A stretch of 32,000 nt of DNA from Alkalilimnicola ehrlichii MLHE-1 (GCF_000014785.1 NC_008340.1:2550001-2582000); one strand, 5' to 3'. Positions 1 through 9,642 are shown, counted from the stretch's first letter. The notes: a model not told the origin generated them from the letters alone. A program made the numbers and translations.

Positions 1-1458
1 CACGGCGCGGAACAGGGCGCGGCCCTTGTTCAGCGTCTCCTTCCACTCCAGCCGCGGCACCGAGTCGGCCACCACCCCAGCGCCCGCCTGCACGTACACC
101 CGGCCGTCCTTGATCACCGCGGTGCGGATGGCGATGGCGGTATCCAGGTTGCCGGACCAGGACAGGTACCCCACCGCCCCCGAGTACACCCCCCGCTTGA
201 CCGGCTCCACCTCGGCGATGATCTCCATGGCCCGTATCTTCGGCGCCCCGCTCACCGTACCCGCCGGGAAGGTAGCGCGCAGCACCTCCATGGGCCCCTG
301 CCCGGGGCGCAGCCGCCCGGTGACGTTGGAGACGATATGCATGACGTGGGAGTAGCGCTCCACCACCATCCGCTCGGTGACCCGCACGCTGCCGGTGTCC
401 GCCACCCGGCCCACGTCGTTGCGCCCCAGGTCGATGAGCATCAGGTGCTCAGCCAGCTCCTTGGGGTCACTGACCAGATCGGCCTCCAGGGCCAGGTCCT
501 CGGCCTCGTCGTGGCCACGGCGTCGGGTACCGGCGATGGGCCGCACCGTCACCTGGTCGTCCTCCAGCCGCACCAGGATCTCCGGCGACGAGCCGGCCAC
601 GTGGAAATCGCCCAGGTCCAGGTAATACATATAGGGGGAGGGATTGGTGCAGCGCAGCGCCCGGTAGAGGTCCAGCGGCTCCGCCCGGTAGGGCACCGAC
701 ATGCGCTGGGAGGGCACCACCTGCATGCAGTCGCCGGCCAGGATGTACTCGCGGATACGCTCCACCACCGCCTCAAACTCCGGCTGGGTGAAGTTCGAGC
801 GAAAGTCCGACTCCAGCACCCGCCGTGGAGGACGGCGCCGCTGGTAGACCGAGTCGGCGCGGCGCAGCCGCTCGGCCAGCTCCTCCAGGCGCGCCTGCCC
901 GCGTGTCAGCGCCCCCTCGGCGGCCGGGTCCACCTGCACCACCAGGTAGAGGCGGCCGGCCAGGTTGTCGAAGACCAGCACCTCCTCGCTGACCATCAAC
1001 AGGATGTCGGGCACCTCCAGCTCGTCGCGGTTGGCCCGGCCGGCCAGGCGCGGCTCGATATACCCCACGGTCTCGTAGCCGAAGTAGCCCACCAGCCCGC
1101 CGAGAAAGCGGGGCATCTGCGGAAAGCCGGGCGGATCGGCCGCCTTGAAGCGGGCCTGGTAGGCCTCGATCCAGGCCAGCGGATCGTCCACCGGGATGCG
1201 TTCCACCACCCGGTCATCCTCGCTGACCTCCACCTCCTGGCCCCATACCCGCAGCACCGTGCGGCAAGGCAGGCCGATGATGGAATAACGGCCCCACTTC
1301 TCACCGCCCTGGACCGACTCGAACAAATAGGAATAGGGCCCCTGGGCCAGCTTCAGGTAGGTGGACAGCGGGGTGTCCAGATCGGCGAGGATCTCCCGCA
1401 CCAGCGGGACGCGGTTGTAGCCGGCCTCGGCCAGTTCACGCAGTTGTTCCGGTTGCAT
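1..1458 (-). CDS. trpE: Anthranilate synthase component I (3' end runs off the window)
   Basis: Continuous minus-strand reading frame from ATG at 1458: [62 protein letters not shown]... with chorismate-binding motifs [36 protein letters not shown] and [19 protein letters not shown]. The frame is not listed whole in the ORF track because it is truncated. Confidence 0.95.
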   Translation of the reverse strand, partial: MQPEQLRELAEAGYNRVPLVREILADLDTPLSTYLKLAQGPYSYLFESVQGGEKWGRYSIIGLPCRTVLRVWGQEVEVSEDDRVVERIPVDDPLAWIEAYQARFKAADPPGFPQMPRFLGGLVGYFGYETVGYIEPRLAGRANRDELEVPDILLMVSEEVLVFDNLAGRLYLVVQVDPAAEGALTRGQARLEELAERLRRADSVYQRRRPPRRVLESDFRSNFTQPEFEAVVERIREYILAGDCMQVVPSQRMSVPYRAEPLDLYRALRCTNPSPYMYYLDLGDFHVAGSSPEILVRLEDDQVTVRPIAGTRRRGHDEAEDLALEADLVSDPKELAEHLMLIDLGRNDVGRVADTGSVRVTERMVVERYSHVMHIVSNVTGRLRPGQGPMEVLRATFPAGTVSGAPKIRAMEIIAEVEPVKRGVYSGAVGYLSWSGNLDTAIAIRTAVIKDGRVYVQAGAGVVADSVPRLEWKETLNKGRALFRAV

Positions 1459-1572
1459 GTTGACTCTCCAGGTAATGCAAGACGTGACTCCCTCCGTGCG
1501 CGCCGGGGCCTCACCATCGACGGCGGGCCCGGCGCTGCCGGGGCACATCCACCCTGGAGAGCAGCGCCCCCA

Positions 1573-2262
1573 TCAGGCCGCCCGACTGCGCAGCATGGCG
1601 GGGATTTCCGCCAGGCTCTTGACCATGGCATCGGGGAAGGCGTCCTCGATGGCATTGCCGGCGTTATAACCGTAGGGCACGCAGATCACCTTCATGCCGG
1701 TGTTGCGGGCCGCGCCCACGTCCACCGCCGAGTCGCCCACCATCAACGCCTGTGCGGGCTCCACCCCCAGCCGCTCCAGGGCCAGACGCAGCGGGGCCGG
1801 ATCGGGCTTTTTCACCGGGGCGCACTCGCCGCCCACCACCGTCGCCATATAGCGGCGGATGCCCAGGGTCTCCAACAGCGGCTCGGCAAACCGGCGCGGC
1901 TTGTTGGTCACCACCGCCTGGGCGATACCCAGCTCGGCCACCCCGGCGATGCCCTCGGCCACGCCGGGGTAGAGGCGACTGCGCTCGGCCACCCGCTCAC
2001 CGTAGTACTCGAAGAACTGCTCCAGTGCCGGATCCGTGTGCTCATCACCGGGATCGCCCTCATGCTCGCCGGTCAGGGCCCGCATAATCAGGCGCCGGGC
2101 CCCGTTGCCCACCCAGCGGCGAATCTCGTTCTCTTCCCGGGGCTGCTGGCCCAGGTCGGCCAGCACGCGGTTAACCGCCACCGCCAGGTCCGGTGCGCTA
2201 TCGACCAGGGTGCCGTCCAGATCGTAGAGCACCGCGCGAATCCTGCTCAGGTCAGCCTTCAT
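1573..2262 (-). CDS. gph: Phosphoglycolate phosphatase (HAD family)
   Basis: 229 aa ORF with HAD motif VLYDLDGTLVDSAPDL, VVTNKPRRF and MVGDSAVDVGAARNTG. Confidence 0.92.
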   Translation of the reverse strand: MKADLSRIRAVLYDLDGTLVDSAPDLAVAVNRVLADLGQQPREENEIRRWVGNGARRLIMRALTGEHEGDPGDEHTDPALEQFFEYYGERVAERSRLYPGVAEGIAGVAELGIAQAVVTNKPRRFAEPLLETLGIRRYMATVVGGECAPVKKPDPAPLRLALERLGVEPAQALMVGDSAVDVGAARNTGMKVICVPYGYNAGNAIEDAFPDAMVKSLAEIPAMLRSRAA

Positions 2263-2370
2263 AATAAGAACGCTCTCAAAACTGCCGTTGAATGATAAAT
2301 AGAGGCGTACTTTAACCCAAGCCCGGCCCTCGGTGCATGCCGGACTGCCGCGCCCGGGTATAGGCCGCCA

Positions 2371-3252
2371 TCAGGTGTGGTGCCGGCGCAGCAGTTCCCA
2401 GGCCTCGCGTAACTCCCGGGTGCGGTTGGCGGCATGGCGCACCTCCGTCTCGCTGCCGCCGCGCGCCTGCACCCGGTCCGGATGGTGCCGGCTGAGGGCC
2501 CGGCGATAGGCCCGCCGCACTGCGGCCTGATCGGCATCGGCGCCGACCCCGAGCAGGGCCCGGGCGCGGGCGACACCGTCGGGGGCCCCCGCGGCCCCGG
2601 CCCGGCCGGGCCGGTGGCGACCGCCGGCCAGGCGCTGATCCAGATCCCGCCGCGACAGCCCCAACCCCCGCCAGACGCGGACCAGCAGCCGGTACTGGGC
2701 CCCCTCCGGCGGCCCGTCCGCCGAGGCCACCCGGACCAACGCCGCGAGCACCCGGGCCCGCCACTCCGGCCGCGCCCGCAGCCCCCGGCGTAGGGCGCGC
2801 AACATCGGCCGCAGCGGCAGACCGGCGTCCCGGCCGCGGCGGAAGACGGTGATCGCCCGACGCCGGCGCAGGCCGGTGAAGCGCAACTCCGCCAGCACCG
2901 CCTCGGTCACCGCCACCTCGGCCTCGCTCACCCGACCGTCGACCTTCGCCAGCCGCCCCATCAATGCCAACAGCACACCGGCGCAGCGACGCTCCGGCCC
3001 GTCCAGGTCGCAGCCGGACCAGACCCAGCCGAAATAGCGGTGATGGCGCACCACCCCATCGGCCACCCAGCCCAACACGAACCCGGCCACGGCGCCCACA
3101 GCGCCGGCCAGCAGCCCGCCCAGCAGCAGCCCGGTGATCCGGGCCAGGTAGCCCTGCCAGTAACGCTTCACCCTCGCCTCAATGCGCTGCCACAAAGCGG
3201 CTAAGGATAAACCACCCGGCCGCCGGCGGGCACCCGGCTTGCAATTGCACAA
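2371..3252 (-). CDS. djlA: DjlA-like co-chaperone (glycine-rich TM segment, TerB-like domain, C-terminal J domain)
   Basis: TM-like ITGLLLGGLLAGAVGAVAGFVLGWVADG, TerB-like middle, C-terminal ALLGVGADADQAAVRRAYRRALSRHHPDRV with HPD motif. The start at 3252 is uncertain because it overlaps the divergent regulatory region. Confidence 0.8.
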   Translation of the reverse strand: MCNCKPGARRRPGGLSLAALWQRIEARVKRYWQGYLARITGLLLGGLLAGAVGAVAGFVLGWVADGVVRHHRYFGWVWSGCDLDGPERRCAGVLLALMGRLAKVDGRVSEAEVAVTEAVLAELRFTGLRRRRAITVFRRGRDAGLPLRPMLRALRRGLRARPEWRARVLAALVRVASADGPPEGAQYRLLVRVWRGLGLSRRDLDQRLAGGRHRPGRAGAAGAPDGVARARALLGVGADADQAAVRRAYRRALSRHHPDRVQARGGSETEVRHAANRTRELREAWELLRRHHT

Positions 3253-3277
3253 GTGATGTACAATAGTTATACAATCT
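3245..3277 (+). promoter_or_regulatory. Candidate sigma70 promoter overlapped by three 11-bp-phased TNTACA-like direct repeats (CarH/LitR-type operator)
   Basis: TTGCACAAGTG / ATGTACAATAG / TTATACAATCT, with core hexamers TGCACA 3246-3251, TGTACA 3257-3262, TATACA 3268-3273. -35 TTGCAC (3245-3250), 17-bp spacer, -10 TATACA (3268-3273). Confidence 0.65.
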
Positions 3278-3299
3278 TTTCACAGCGGAGGGCGGCAAC

Positions 3300-4655
3300 A
3301 TGGCTGAGGGGCATATCGCCGTGGTCGGCGGCGGTGTTTCGGGACTGACTGCAGCCTGGCTCCTCAGCCGGCGCTATCGGGTCACGCTGTTCGAGCGCAA
3401 CGGCTACGTCGGCGGGCACACCCATACCGTGGAGGCCATGCTCCCCGAGGGCGCCGTCCCGGTGGATACCGGCTTTATTGTCTACAACGAGCCGAATTAC
3501 CCGGGGCTCACGGCACTCTTTCGCCACCTGGGGGTCCCCACCCGGCCCAGCGACATGTCCTTCGCGCTGTCGGTACTGGACGAGGACATCGAATGGTCGG
3601 GCGACAACCTGGGCACCCTGTTCGCCCGGCGCCGCCACCTGCTCAGCCCCCGCTTCCTGCGCATGGTCGTGGATATCCTGCGCTTCAACCGCCACGCCCG
3701 CGGCTACCTGCGCCGCGGCGTCCCGGAGCGGCTGACCCTCGGCGACTACCTGCGCGAGCGCGGCCTGGGGCGCGGTTTCACCGACCACTACCTGCTGCCC
3801 ATGGCGGCCGCCATCTGGTCCTGCCCCCAGGCCAGCCTGCACGAGTTCCCGCTGGCGCGCTTTCTGCGCTTTTTTGACCAGCACGGACTGATCCGACTCG
3901 GCAACCGACCGCAATGGCGCACCGTCCAGGGCGGCGGCCGCGAGTATGTCCAACGCATGCTGCCCGCCCTCCACGCCTACCATATCAACACCCCCGTGCG
4001 GCGGGTGCAGCGGACAACCGACGGCGTCACGCTCTTCGGTGATGGCGGGTGTCTCGGCCACTTCGACCAGGTGGTCCTGGGCGGGCACGCCGACGAGAGC
4101 CTGGCCATGCTGGCCCAGCCCAGTGACGACGAGGCCGCACTGCTCGGCCGTTTCCGTTACCAGAGCAACGAGGCCGTGCTGCACACCGATCCAGCCCTGA
4201 TGCCCCGCCGCCGCGCGATCTGGGCCAGCTGGAACCACCTGACGCGGCGGGACGAGGCGGGCCGGCAACCGGTCTCGGTCACCTATTGGATGAACCGCCT
4301 GCAAGGGCTCACCACCCATCGTGATCTGTTCGTCACCCTCAACCCCGCCATCCCGGTCCGGGAGGAGCAGGTGCTGCGGCGGATGCATTACAGTCACCCG
4401 GTGTTCGACCGTGATACCCACCGCGCACAACAGGGGCTGCCCCGTCTCCAGGGCCGGCGGCACACTTGGTTCTGCGGCAGCTATTTCGGCTATGGTTTCC
4501 ATGAGGACGGAGTGCAGTCCGCCGTCCGGGTGGCCTGGGGGCTGGGCGTCGCCGCGCCCTGGGCGACGACCACGACCGCCGACACCGCAACCGATATCGG
4601 CCCCGAGGGCACGCCCGACTGGGCCGTCGCCTGCGCGGGGGAGGAGCGGCGATGA
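3300..4655 (+). CDS. FAD-dependent amine oxidase-type oxidoreductase
   Basis: 451 aa ORF; N-terminal dinucleotide-binding motif IAVVGGGVSGLTAAWLLSRRYRVTLFERNGYVGGHTHTV; overall resemblance to the NAD/FAD-binding proteins found beside cfa-like genes. Confidence 0.88.
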   Translation: MAEGHIAVVGGGVSGLTAAWLLSRRYRVTLFERNGYVGGHTHTVEAMLPEGAVPVDTGFIVYNEPNYPGLTALFRHLGVPTRPSDMSFALSVLDEDIEWSGDNLGTLFARRRHLLSPRFLRMVVDILRFNRHARGYLRRGVPERLTLGDYLRERGLGRGFTDHYLLPMAAAIWSCPQASLHEFPLARFLRFFDQHGLIRLGNRPQWRTVQGGGREYVQRMLPALHAYHINTPVRRVQRTTDGVTLFGDGGCLGHFDQVVLGGHADESLAMLAQPSDDEAALLGRFRYQSNEAVLHTDPALMPRRRAIWASWNHLTRRDEAGRQPVSVTYWMNRLQGLTTHRDLFVTLNPAIPVREEQVLRRMHYSHPVFDRDTHRAQQGLPRLQGRRHTWFCGSYFGYGFHEDGVQSAVRVAWGLGVAAPWATTTTADTATDIGPEGTPDWAVACAGEERR

Positions 4656-5905
4656 CGGAACTTGGCCGCGGCGCCCGGCTGAGCGCACCGCTGCCCCGCA
4701 GCGTGCGGCCCATGGGCCGCTGGCTGCGGCGGCTGGCGGCGGGCACCCTGCACCTGCGCCTGCCCGGGGGCGAATCCATCACCGTCACCGCGCCGGCGCC
4801 CGGCCCGGAGGCCACCTGGGTGCTGCACCGGCCGCTGCGACTCATCCGCTGCCTGCTGCACCGCGGCGACCTGGGCCTGGCGGAGAGCTACATAGCCGGT
4901 GACTGGGACAGCCCGCAGACCGCCCGCCTGCTGGAGCTGCTCAACGCCAACCACAGCGCCTACAACTACCGGCTGCGTGGCCGCTGGCTAACCCGCCTGA
5001 CCCTGTGGCTGTTTCATCGCGCCCGGGCCAACACCCGGCGCGGCGCGCGGCGTAACATCATGGCCCACTACGACTTGGGCAATGCCTTTTACCGGCTCTG
5101 GCTGGACCCCGGCATGACCTACTCCGGCGCCTGGTACGCGGCCCCGGCCATGGACCTGGCACAGGCCCAGGACGCCAAATACACCGCCATCCTGCAGACG
5201 CTGGCGGCCCGGCCGGGGGAGCACGTGCTGGAGATCGGCTGCGGCTGGGGCGGGTTCGCGGAGGCGGCCGCCCGGGCCGGCCTGCGCGTCACCGGCGTCA
5301 CCCTCTCACCCAACCAACTGGCGTGGGCCCGGGAGCGCATCCGAAAGGCCGGGCTGGAGGACCGCGTGGTGCTGCGTCTGCAGGACTACCGGGCCCTGAG
5401 CGGGCAGTACGACCACGTGGTCTCGATCGAGATGTTCGAGGCCGTGGGCGAGGCCCACTGGCAGACCTGGTTCGAAACGGTGCACCGCTGCCTACGGCCG
5501 GGGGGGCGGGCGCTGGCGCAGATCATCACCATCCGCGAGGACGCCTTCGAGAGCTACCGCGCCCACCCGGATTTCATCCAGCGCTACATCTTCCCCGGCG
5601 GCATGCTGCCCAGCCGCAGCCACCTGCGAAGCCACGCCCGGGCGGCGGGGCTGGAAGTGGCCACCATGGCCGCGAGTGGCACCCACTACGCGCGCACCCT
5701 GGCCGACTGGGACGCCCGCTTCCAGGCGGCGACACCCGCCCTGGAGGCATTGGGCTTCGACCTCCGTTTCCGCCGTATGTGGCACTATTATCTGGCATAC
5801 TGCGAGGCAGGCTTCCGGTCCGGGCACATTGACCTGCAGCGACTGGTCATGCAGGTCTCTCCCTCCCCACCGCAACCGCGTTTGATCGCCGAGACACCAT
5901 GCTGA
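4652..5905 (+). CDS. Cyclopropane-fatty-acyl-phospholipid synthase family SAM-dependent methyltransferase
   Basis: 417 aa; HYDLGNAFYRLWLDPGMTYSGAWY, VLEIGCGWGGFAEAAARAGLRVTGVTLSPNQLAWARERI, IEMFEAVGEAHW, YIFPGGMLPS. Overlaps the upstream ORF by 4 bp (ATGA). Confidence 0.92.
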   Translation: MTELGRGARLSAPLPRSVRPMGRWLRRLAAGTLHLRLPGGESITVTAPAPGPEATWVLHRPLRLIRCLLHRGDLGLAESYIAGDWDSPQTARLLELLNANHSAYNYRLRGRWLTRLTLWLFHRARANTRRGARRNIMAHYDLGNAFYRLWLDPGMTYSGAWYAAPAMDLAQAQDAKYTAILQTLAARPGEHVLEIGCGWGGFAEAAARAGLRVTGVTLSPNQLAWARERIRKAGLEDRVVLRLQDYRALSGQYDHVVSIEMFEAVGEAHWQTWFETVHRCLRPGGRALAQIITIREDAFESYRAHPDFIQRYIFPGGMLPSRSHLRSHARAAGLEVATMAASGTHYARTLADWDARFQAATPALEALGFDLRFRRMWHYYLAYCEAGFRSGHIDLQRLVMQVSPSPPQPRLIAETPC

Positions 5906-6807
5906 CGGTAGACGGTCTATACCCCATCCGCACCGCCACGGCCCTCACCGGGGTCAACCCCGTGACCCTGCGCGCCTGGGAGCGCCGGTACGGGCTGATC
6001 CGGCCCCAGCGCACCCCCAAGGGCCACCGGCTCTACACCGAGGCGGACATTGCCCGCATCAAACGCATCCTGGAACTGCTGGAGCAAGGCATCCCCATCA
6101 GCCGCACCCGCGAGGTGCTGGACCGTGAGGCCGGGCTGAACGCCCCGGCAGGGGCGACAGCCGCCCCCTCCGGCGAGACCCCCTGGACGCAGTACCGGGA
6201 TCAACTCCGCCAGGGCATCACCGCACTCGACGCCCTGAGCCTGGACCGCGCCTACAACGAGGCCCTGTCCCTCTACCCGTTGGAGCTGGTGGGCCGGGAG
6301 TTGCTGCTGCCCCTGCTGGACGACTATCGGGCGGGGGCGGCCGCCGGGGGTGAGCGCCAGCTTCAGGCCCACTTTCTCGAGGCCTACCTGCGCCACCGGC
6401 TCGGCGCCCGCTTCCACCACCAGCTCGCGCGGGCCCGCGGCCCGCGGGTGCTCAGTGCCTGCCTCCCCGGCGAGATTTGCGAGATCCCCACACTGTTCTT
6501 TGCCCTGTGCGCGGTCGAACACGGCTACCGGGTGGTCTACACCGGCCGGCCGCTACCGCTGGAGGTGGTCACCGGGGCGGCCCGGCGCGAGGACCTGGCC
6601 GCGACCCTCCTGTACGGCGACTGTCGCGCCGACCGGGGCAGCCTGCAGGCGGTGCTGAGCCGACTGCCCGACACCCCCGCCCACCGCCTCTTCCTCTCCG
6701 GCCCCGGTGCCGCGGAGGCGGCGGTAGCCCCGATCCAGGCCCTGCCCGCGGACATCAGCCGGGCGCTCCAGACCCTGGACCGGGCTCTGCTCACCCCCAC
6801 CGACTGA
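5899..6807 (+). CDS. MerR-family transcriptional regulator with CarH/LitR-like C-terminal domain
   Basis: 302 aa; N-terminal HTH LYPIRTATALTGVNPVTLRAWERRYGLIRPQRTPKGHRLYTEADIARIKRILELLEQGIPISR; C-terminal B12-binding-like fold region but degenerate motifs. Overlaps the upstream ORF by 7 bp. Confidence 0.88.
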   Translation: MLTVDGLYPIRTATALTGVNPVTLRAWERRYGLIRPQRTPKGHRLYTEADIARIKRILELLEQGIPISRTREVLDREAGLNAPAGATAAPSGETPWTQYRDQLRQGITALDALSLDRAYNEALSLYPLELVGRELLLPLLDDYRAGAAAGGERQLQAHFLEAYLRHRLGARFHHQLARARGPRVLSACLPGEICEIPTLFFALCAVEHGYRVVYTGRPLPLEVVTGAARREDLAATLLYGDCRADRGSLQAVLSRLPDTPAHRLFLSGPGAAEAAVAPIQALPADISRALQTLDRALLTPTD

Positions 6808-6824
6808 GCGGGGCAACAACACCC

Positions 6825-8264
6825 ATGGGCGATGCCACCCTGGTCTGGCTGCGACGCGACCTGCGCCTGACCGACAACCCGGCCCTCGACCAGGCCGCCC
6901 GGCGGGGCGGGCCGGTGATCGCGGTCTATCTCCACGCGCCGGAGGAGACCCCGCAGTACCCGCCCGGAGCCGCCAGCCACTGGTACCTGCACCACAGCCT
7001 CAAGGCCCTGGGCCCGGCCCTGGCCCAGGCGGGCATCCCACTGGTGCTGCGCCGCGGCCCGGCCCTGGCGACCCTGCGGGCGCTGATCCGCGCCACGGGC
7101 GCCGGCGCAGTCTACTGGAACCGGCTTTACGAGCCCGATGCCGTGGCCCGCGATCGGACGGTGAAACAGGCGCTGCGCACGGAGGGCCTCGACTGCCGCA
7201 GCTTCCCGACCGCCCTGCTGCACGAACCCTGGGCCGTGCGTAATCAGGCCGACCGGCCCTACCGGGCCTTCACCCCCTTCTGGCGCGCCTGCCGCCGCCA
7301 GCCGCCGCCGGCGGCACCCCTGCCCGCCCCCGACCTGCGCGACCGTCCGGTGCCGGCGGTGGAGGGCCTCGACCTGGCGGCGCTGGGGCTGCTGCCCCGC
7401 ACCCCCTGGGACACCGGGCTGCGCAACACCTGGCAGGCCGGCGAGTCGGCCGCGCTGGCCCGGCTGGAGGCCTTCGCCGCCGACCGGCTGGCGCGCTATG
7501 CCCAGGACCGGGACCGACCCGCCGAGCCCGGCACCTCCGGCCTGTCACCGGCGCTGCACTTCGGCGAGCTCTCGCCGCGCCAGGTCTGGTGGCAGGTAAT
7601 GGCGGCACGCGAGGCCGGGGTGCCCGAGGATGCCTGCGAGACCTTCCTCTCCGAGCTGGGCTGGCGCGAGTTCGCCCACCACCTGCTCTGGTCCCACCCG
7701 GATCTGGGGGACGCCCCGGTGGATGACCGCTTCGGCGCTTTCCCTTGGCGCCCCGACCCCGGCGATGGATGGCTGCACGCCTGGCAGGCCGGCCGCACCG
7801 GCATTCCGCTGGTGGACGCCGGCATGCACGAACTCTGGCAAACGGGCTGGATGCACAACCGGGTGCGCATGGTGACCGGCTCGTTCCTGGTCAAGCACCT
7901 GCGACTGCCCTGGCAGCGGGGCGAGCGCTGGTTCCGGGACACCCTGGTGGACTGGGATGCGGCCAGCAACGCCATGGGCTGGCAGTGGGTGGCCGGCTGC
8001 GGGGCCGACGCCGCGCCCTACTTCCGGATCTTCAACCCGGTGCGCCAGGGTGAGCGCTTCGACCCCCAGGGGCGCTACGTGCGCCGCTGGCTGCCGGCCC
8101 TGGCCAACCTCCCCGACAAATACATTCACGCCCCCTGGACGGCGCCCGAGGCGGTGCTGCGCCGGGCCGGGGTCACCCTGGGGTCCGACTACCCGTGCCC
8201 GCTGATCGACCTGCGGCTGGGCCGGGAACAGGCCCTGTCCGCCTTCCAGGCCATCAAGGGCTGA
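6825..8264 (+). CDS. phrB: Deoxyribodipyrimidine photolyase (cryptochrome/photolyase family)
   Basis: 479 aa from ATG 6825: [24 protein letters not shown]..., [104 protein letters not shown]. The longer tracked ORF from 6477 includes non-coding frame from the upstream gene. Confidence 0.95.
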   Translation: MGDATLVWLRRDLRLTDNPALDQAARRGGPVIAVYLHAPEETPQYPPGAASHWYLHHSLKALGPALAQAGIPLVLRRGPALATLRALIRATGAGAVYWNRLYEPDAVARDRTVKQALRTEGLDCRSFPTALLHEPWAVRNQADRPYRAFTPFWRACRRQPPPAAPLPAPDLRDRPVPAVEGLDLAALGLLPRTPWDTGLRNTWQAGESAALARLEAFAADRLARYAQDRDRPAEPGTSGLSPALHFGELSPRQVWWQVMAAREAGVPEDACETFLSELGWREFAHHLLWSHPDLGDAPVDDRFGAFPWRPDPGDGWLHAWQAGRTGIPLVDAGMHELWQTGWMHNRVRMVTGSFLVKHLRLPWQRGERWFRDTLVDWDAASNAMGWQWVAGCGADAAPYFRIFNPVRQGERFDPQGRYVRRWLPALANLPDKYIHAPWTAPEAVLRRAGVTLGSDYPCPLIDLRLGREQALSAFQAIKG

Positions 8265-8283
8265 GCCGCGGACGGTGCGGCGG

Positions 8284-8314
8284 ATGGGCGCCGGACGCGG
8301 CACCGGGCGCCCAT
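8284..8314 (+). terminator. Candidate intrinsic terminator / stem-loop after the photolyase operon
   Basis: Perfect 9-bp inverted repeat ATGGGCGCC (8284-8292) / GGCGCCCAT (8306-8314) 20 nt past the photolyase stop, followed by the only weakly T-rich CTGTTGT. Confidence 0.45.
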
Positions 8315-8362
8315 CTGTTGTACCATCCGGCCCAAACCACCGGAATGCGGGAGCACCCCCTC

Positions 8363-9256
8363 ATGGCCGAAACGCCAGAGGCCCTCTACGAGGCCAATCT
8401 CAAGTCCCTGGAGTGTCTGCACCAGGGCAAGGTACGGGACATCTACGCGGTGGACGACCGGCGCATGCTGATCGTCACCACCGACCGCCTGTCCGCCTTT
8501 GACGTCATCCTGCCCGACCCCATCCCGGGCAAGGGCCAGGTGCTGACGTCGGTCTCCAACTTCTGGTTCGAGCACACCCGTCACATCATCGCCAACCACC
8601 TGCTCGACGACCGCCCGGAAGAGGTCATCCCCGATCCGGCCGAACAGGCGCGGGTGGCCGGCCGCGCGGTGGTGGTCCGGCGGGTCCGGCCGCTGCCTGT
8701 GGAGGCCATCGCCCGCGGCTACATCATCGGCTCCGGCTGGAAGGACTATCAGGCCACCGGTCAGGTCTGCGGCATCCCGCTGCCGCCGGGGCTACGCCAG
8801 GCCGACGCGCTGCCCGAGCCGATCTTCACCCCCTCCACCAAGGCCGCGGTGGGCGGGCACGACGAAAACGTACGCTTCGACGCGGTGGTGAAGGCCATCG
8901 GTGCGCCGCTGGCCGAGCGCATCCGCGAGGTGACCCTGCGGCTCTACAGCGAGGCGGCGGCTTACGCCCGCGAGCGCGGCATCATCATCGCCGATACCAA
9001 GTTCGAGTTCGGGGTGGATGAGGACGACAACCTGCTGCTGATCGACGAGGCCCTGACGCCGGACTCTTCCCGCTTCTGGCCGGCGGACCAGTACCGCCCG
9101 GGCAGCTCACCGCCCAGCTTCGACAAGCAGTTCGTGCGCGATTACCTGGAAACTTTGGACTGGGACAAGACCCCACCGGGGCCGCGTCTGCCGGAGGAGA
9201 TTCTGCGCCGCACCGCCGAGAAATACCGCGAAGCCCAGCGCCGGCTGCTGGGCTGA
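8363..9256 (+). CDS. purC: Phosphoribosylaminoimidazole-succinocarboxamide synthase
   Basis: 297 aa from ATG 8363: [102 protein letters not shown]. Confidence 0.95.
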   Translation: MAETPEALYEANLKSLECLHQGKVRDIYAVDDRRMLIVTTDRLSAFDVILPDPIPGKGQVLTSVSNFWFEHTRHIIANHLLDDRPEEVIPDPAEQARVAGRAVVVRRVRPLPVEAIARGYIIGSGWKDYQATGQVCGIPLPPGLRQADALPEPIFTPSTKAAVGGHDENVRFDAVVKAIGAPLAERIREVTLRLYSEAAAYARERGIIIADTKFEFGVDEDDNLLLIDEALTPDSSRFWPADQYRPGSSPPSFDKQFVRDYLETLDWDKTPPGPRLPEEILRRTAEKYREAQRRLLG

Positions 9257-9281
9257 AGCCCCCCAACCCTCAGGAGGTTCC

Positions 9282-9458
9282 GTGGGACAGAAAGCCTTCG
9301 CCATCCTGCTGCCCGGCTTGCTCATCCTCTTCGGCCTGGGGCTGCTCTACAGCGCCTGGGCCGACCCCAACGCCGGGGTCATCTACGGCATCCCCGCCGG
9401 CCTGCTGTTCGCCGGCTTCGGCGTCTACCTCATGATCCAGCTCTGGCGCTCGGGCTAG
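9282..9458 (+). CDS. Small membrane protein (58 aa, GTG start), two predicted hydrophobic segments
   Basis: GTG 9282 preceded by CAGGAGGTTC Shine-Dalgarno: (M)GQKAFAILLPGLLILFGLGLLYSAWADPNAGVIYGIPAGLLFAGFGVYLMIQLWRSG*. Missed by the ATG-based ORF track. Confidence 0.6.
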   Translation: MGQKAFAILLPGLLILFGLGLLYSAWADPNAGVIYGIPAGLLFAGFGVYLMIQLWRSG

Positions 9459-9566
9459 ACACCCCCAGGCCGACTCCCCGCCATCACAAGGCACCGGAGC
9501 CCCAAGCCCGTCATCGCGACGAGCGCCCCCTCCCCCGTCATCGCGAGGGCCGAAGGCTTTCCCCCC

Positions 9567-9642
9567 GTCATCGCGAGGGCCGAAGGCCCGTGGCGATCCA
9601 GGGCGGTAGACTGCCACGTCGGCTTCGCCTCCTCGCAGTGAC
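9567..9642. repeat. 76-bp imperfect palindromic intergenic element (REP/MITE-like)
   Basis: GTCATCGCGAGGGCCGAAGGCCCGTGGCGATCCAG...GACTGCCACGTCGGCTTCGCCTCCTCGCAGTGAC; ends inverted-complementary; same element at 11719-11794 and 22299-22374. Confidence 0.85.

Noticed and set aside
337-2295. 652-aa plus-strand ORF
   Set aside because: Shadow frame antisense to trpE and gph; His/Gln/Arg-rich composition typical of antisense high-GC frames.
3267-4688. 473-aa minus-strand ORF
   Set aside because: Antisense to the convincingly assigned FAD oxidoreductase.
5899-6807. Fully canonical CarH/LitR annotation
   Set aside because: Fold and HTH fit, but key B12-ligand motif residues appear substituted, so light/B12 sensing is not assumed.
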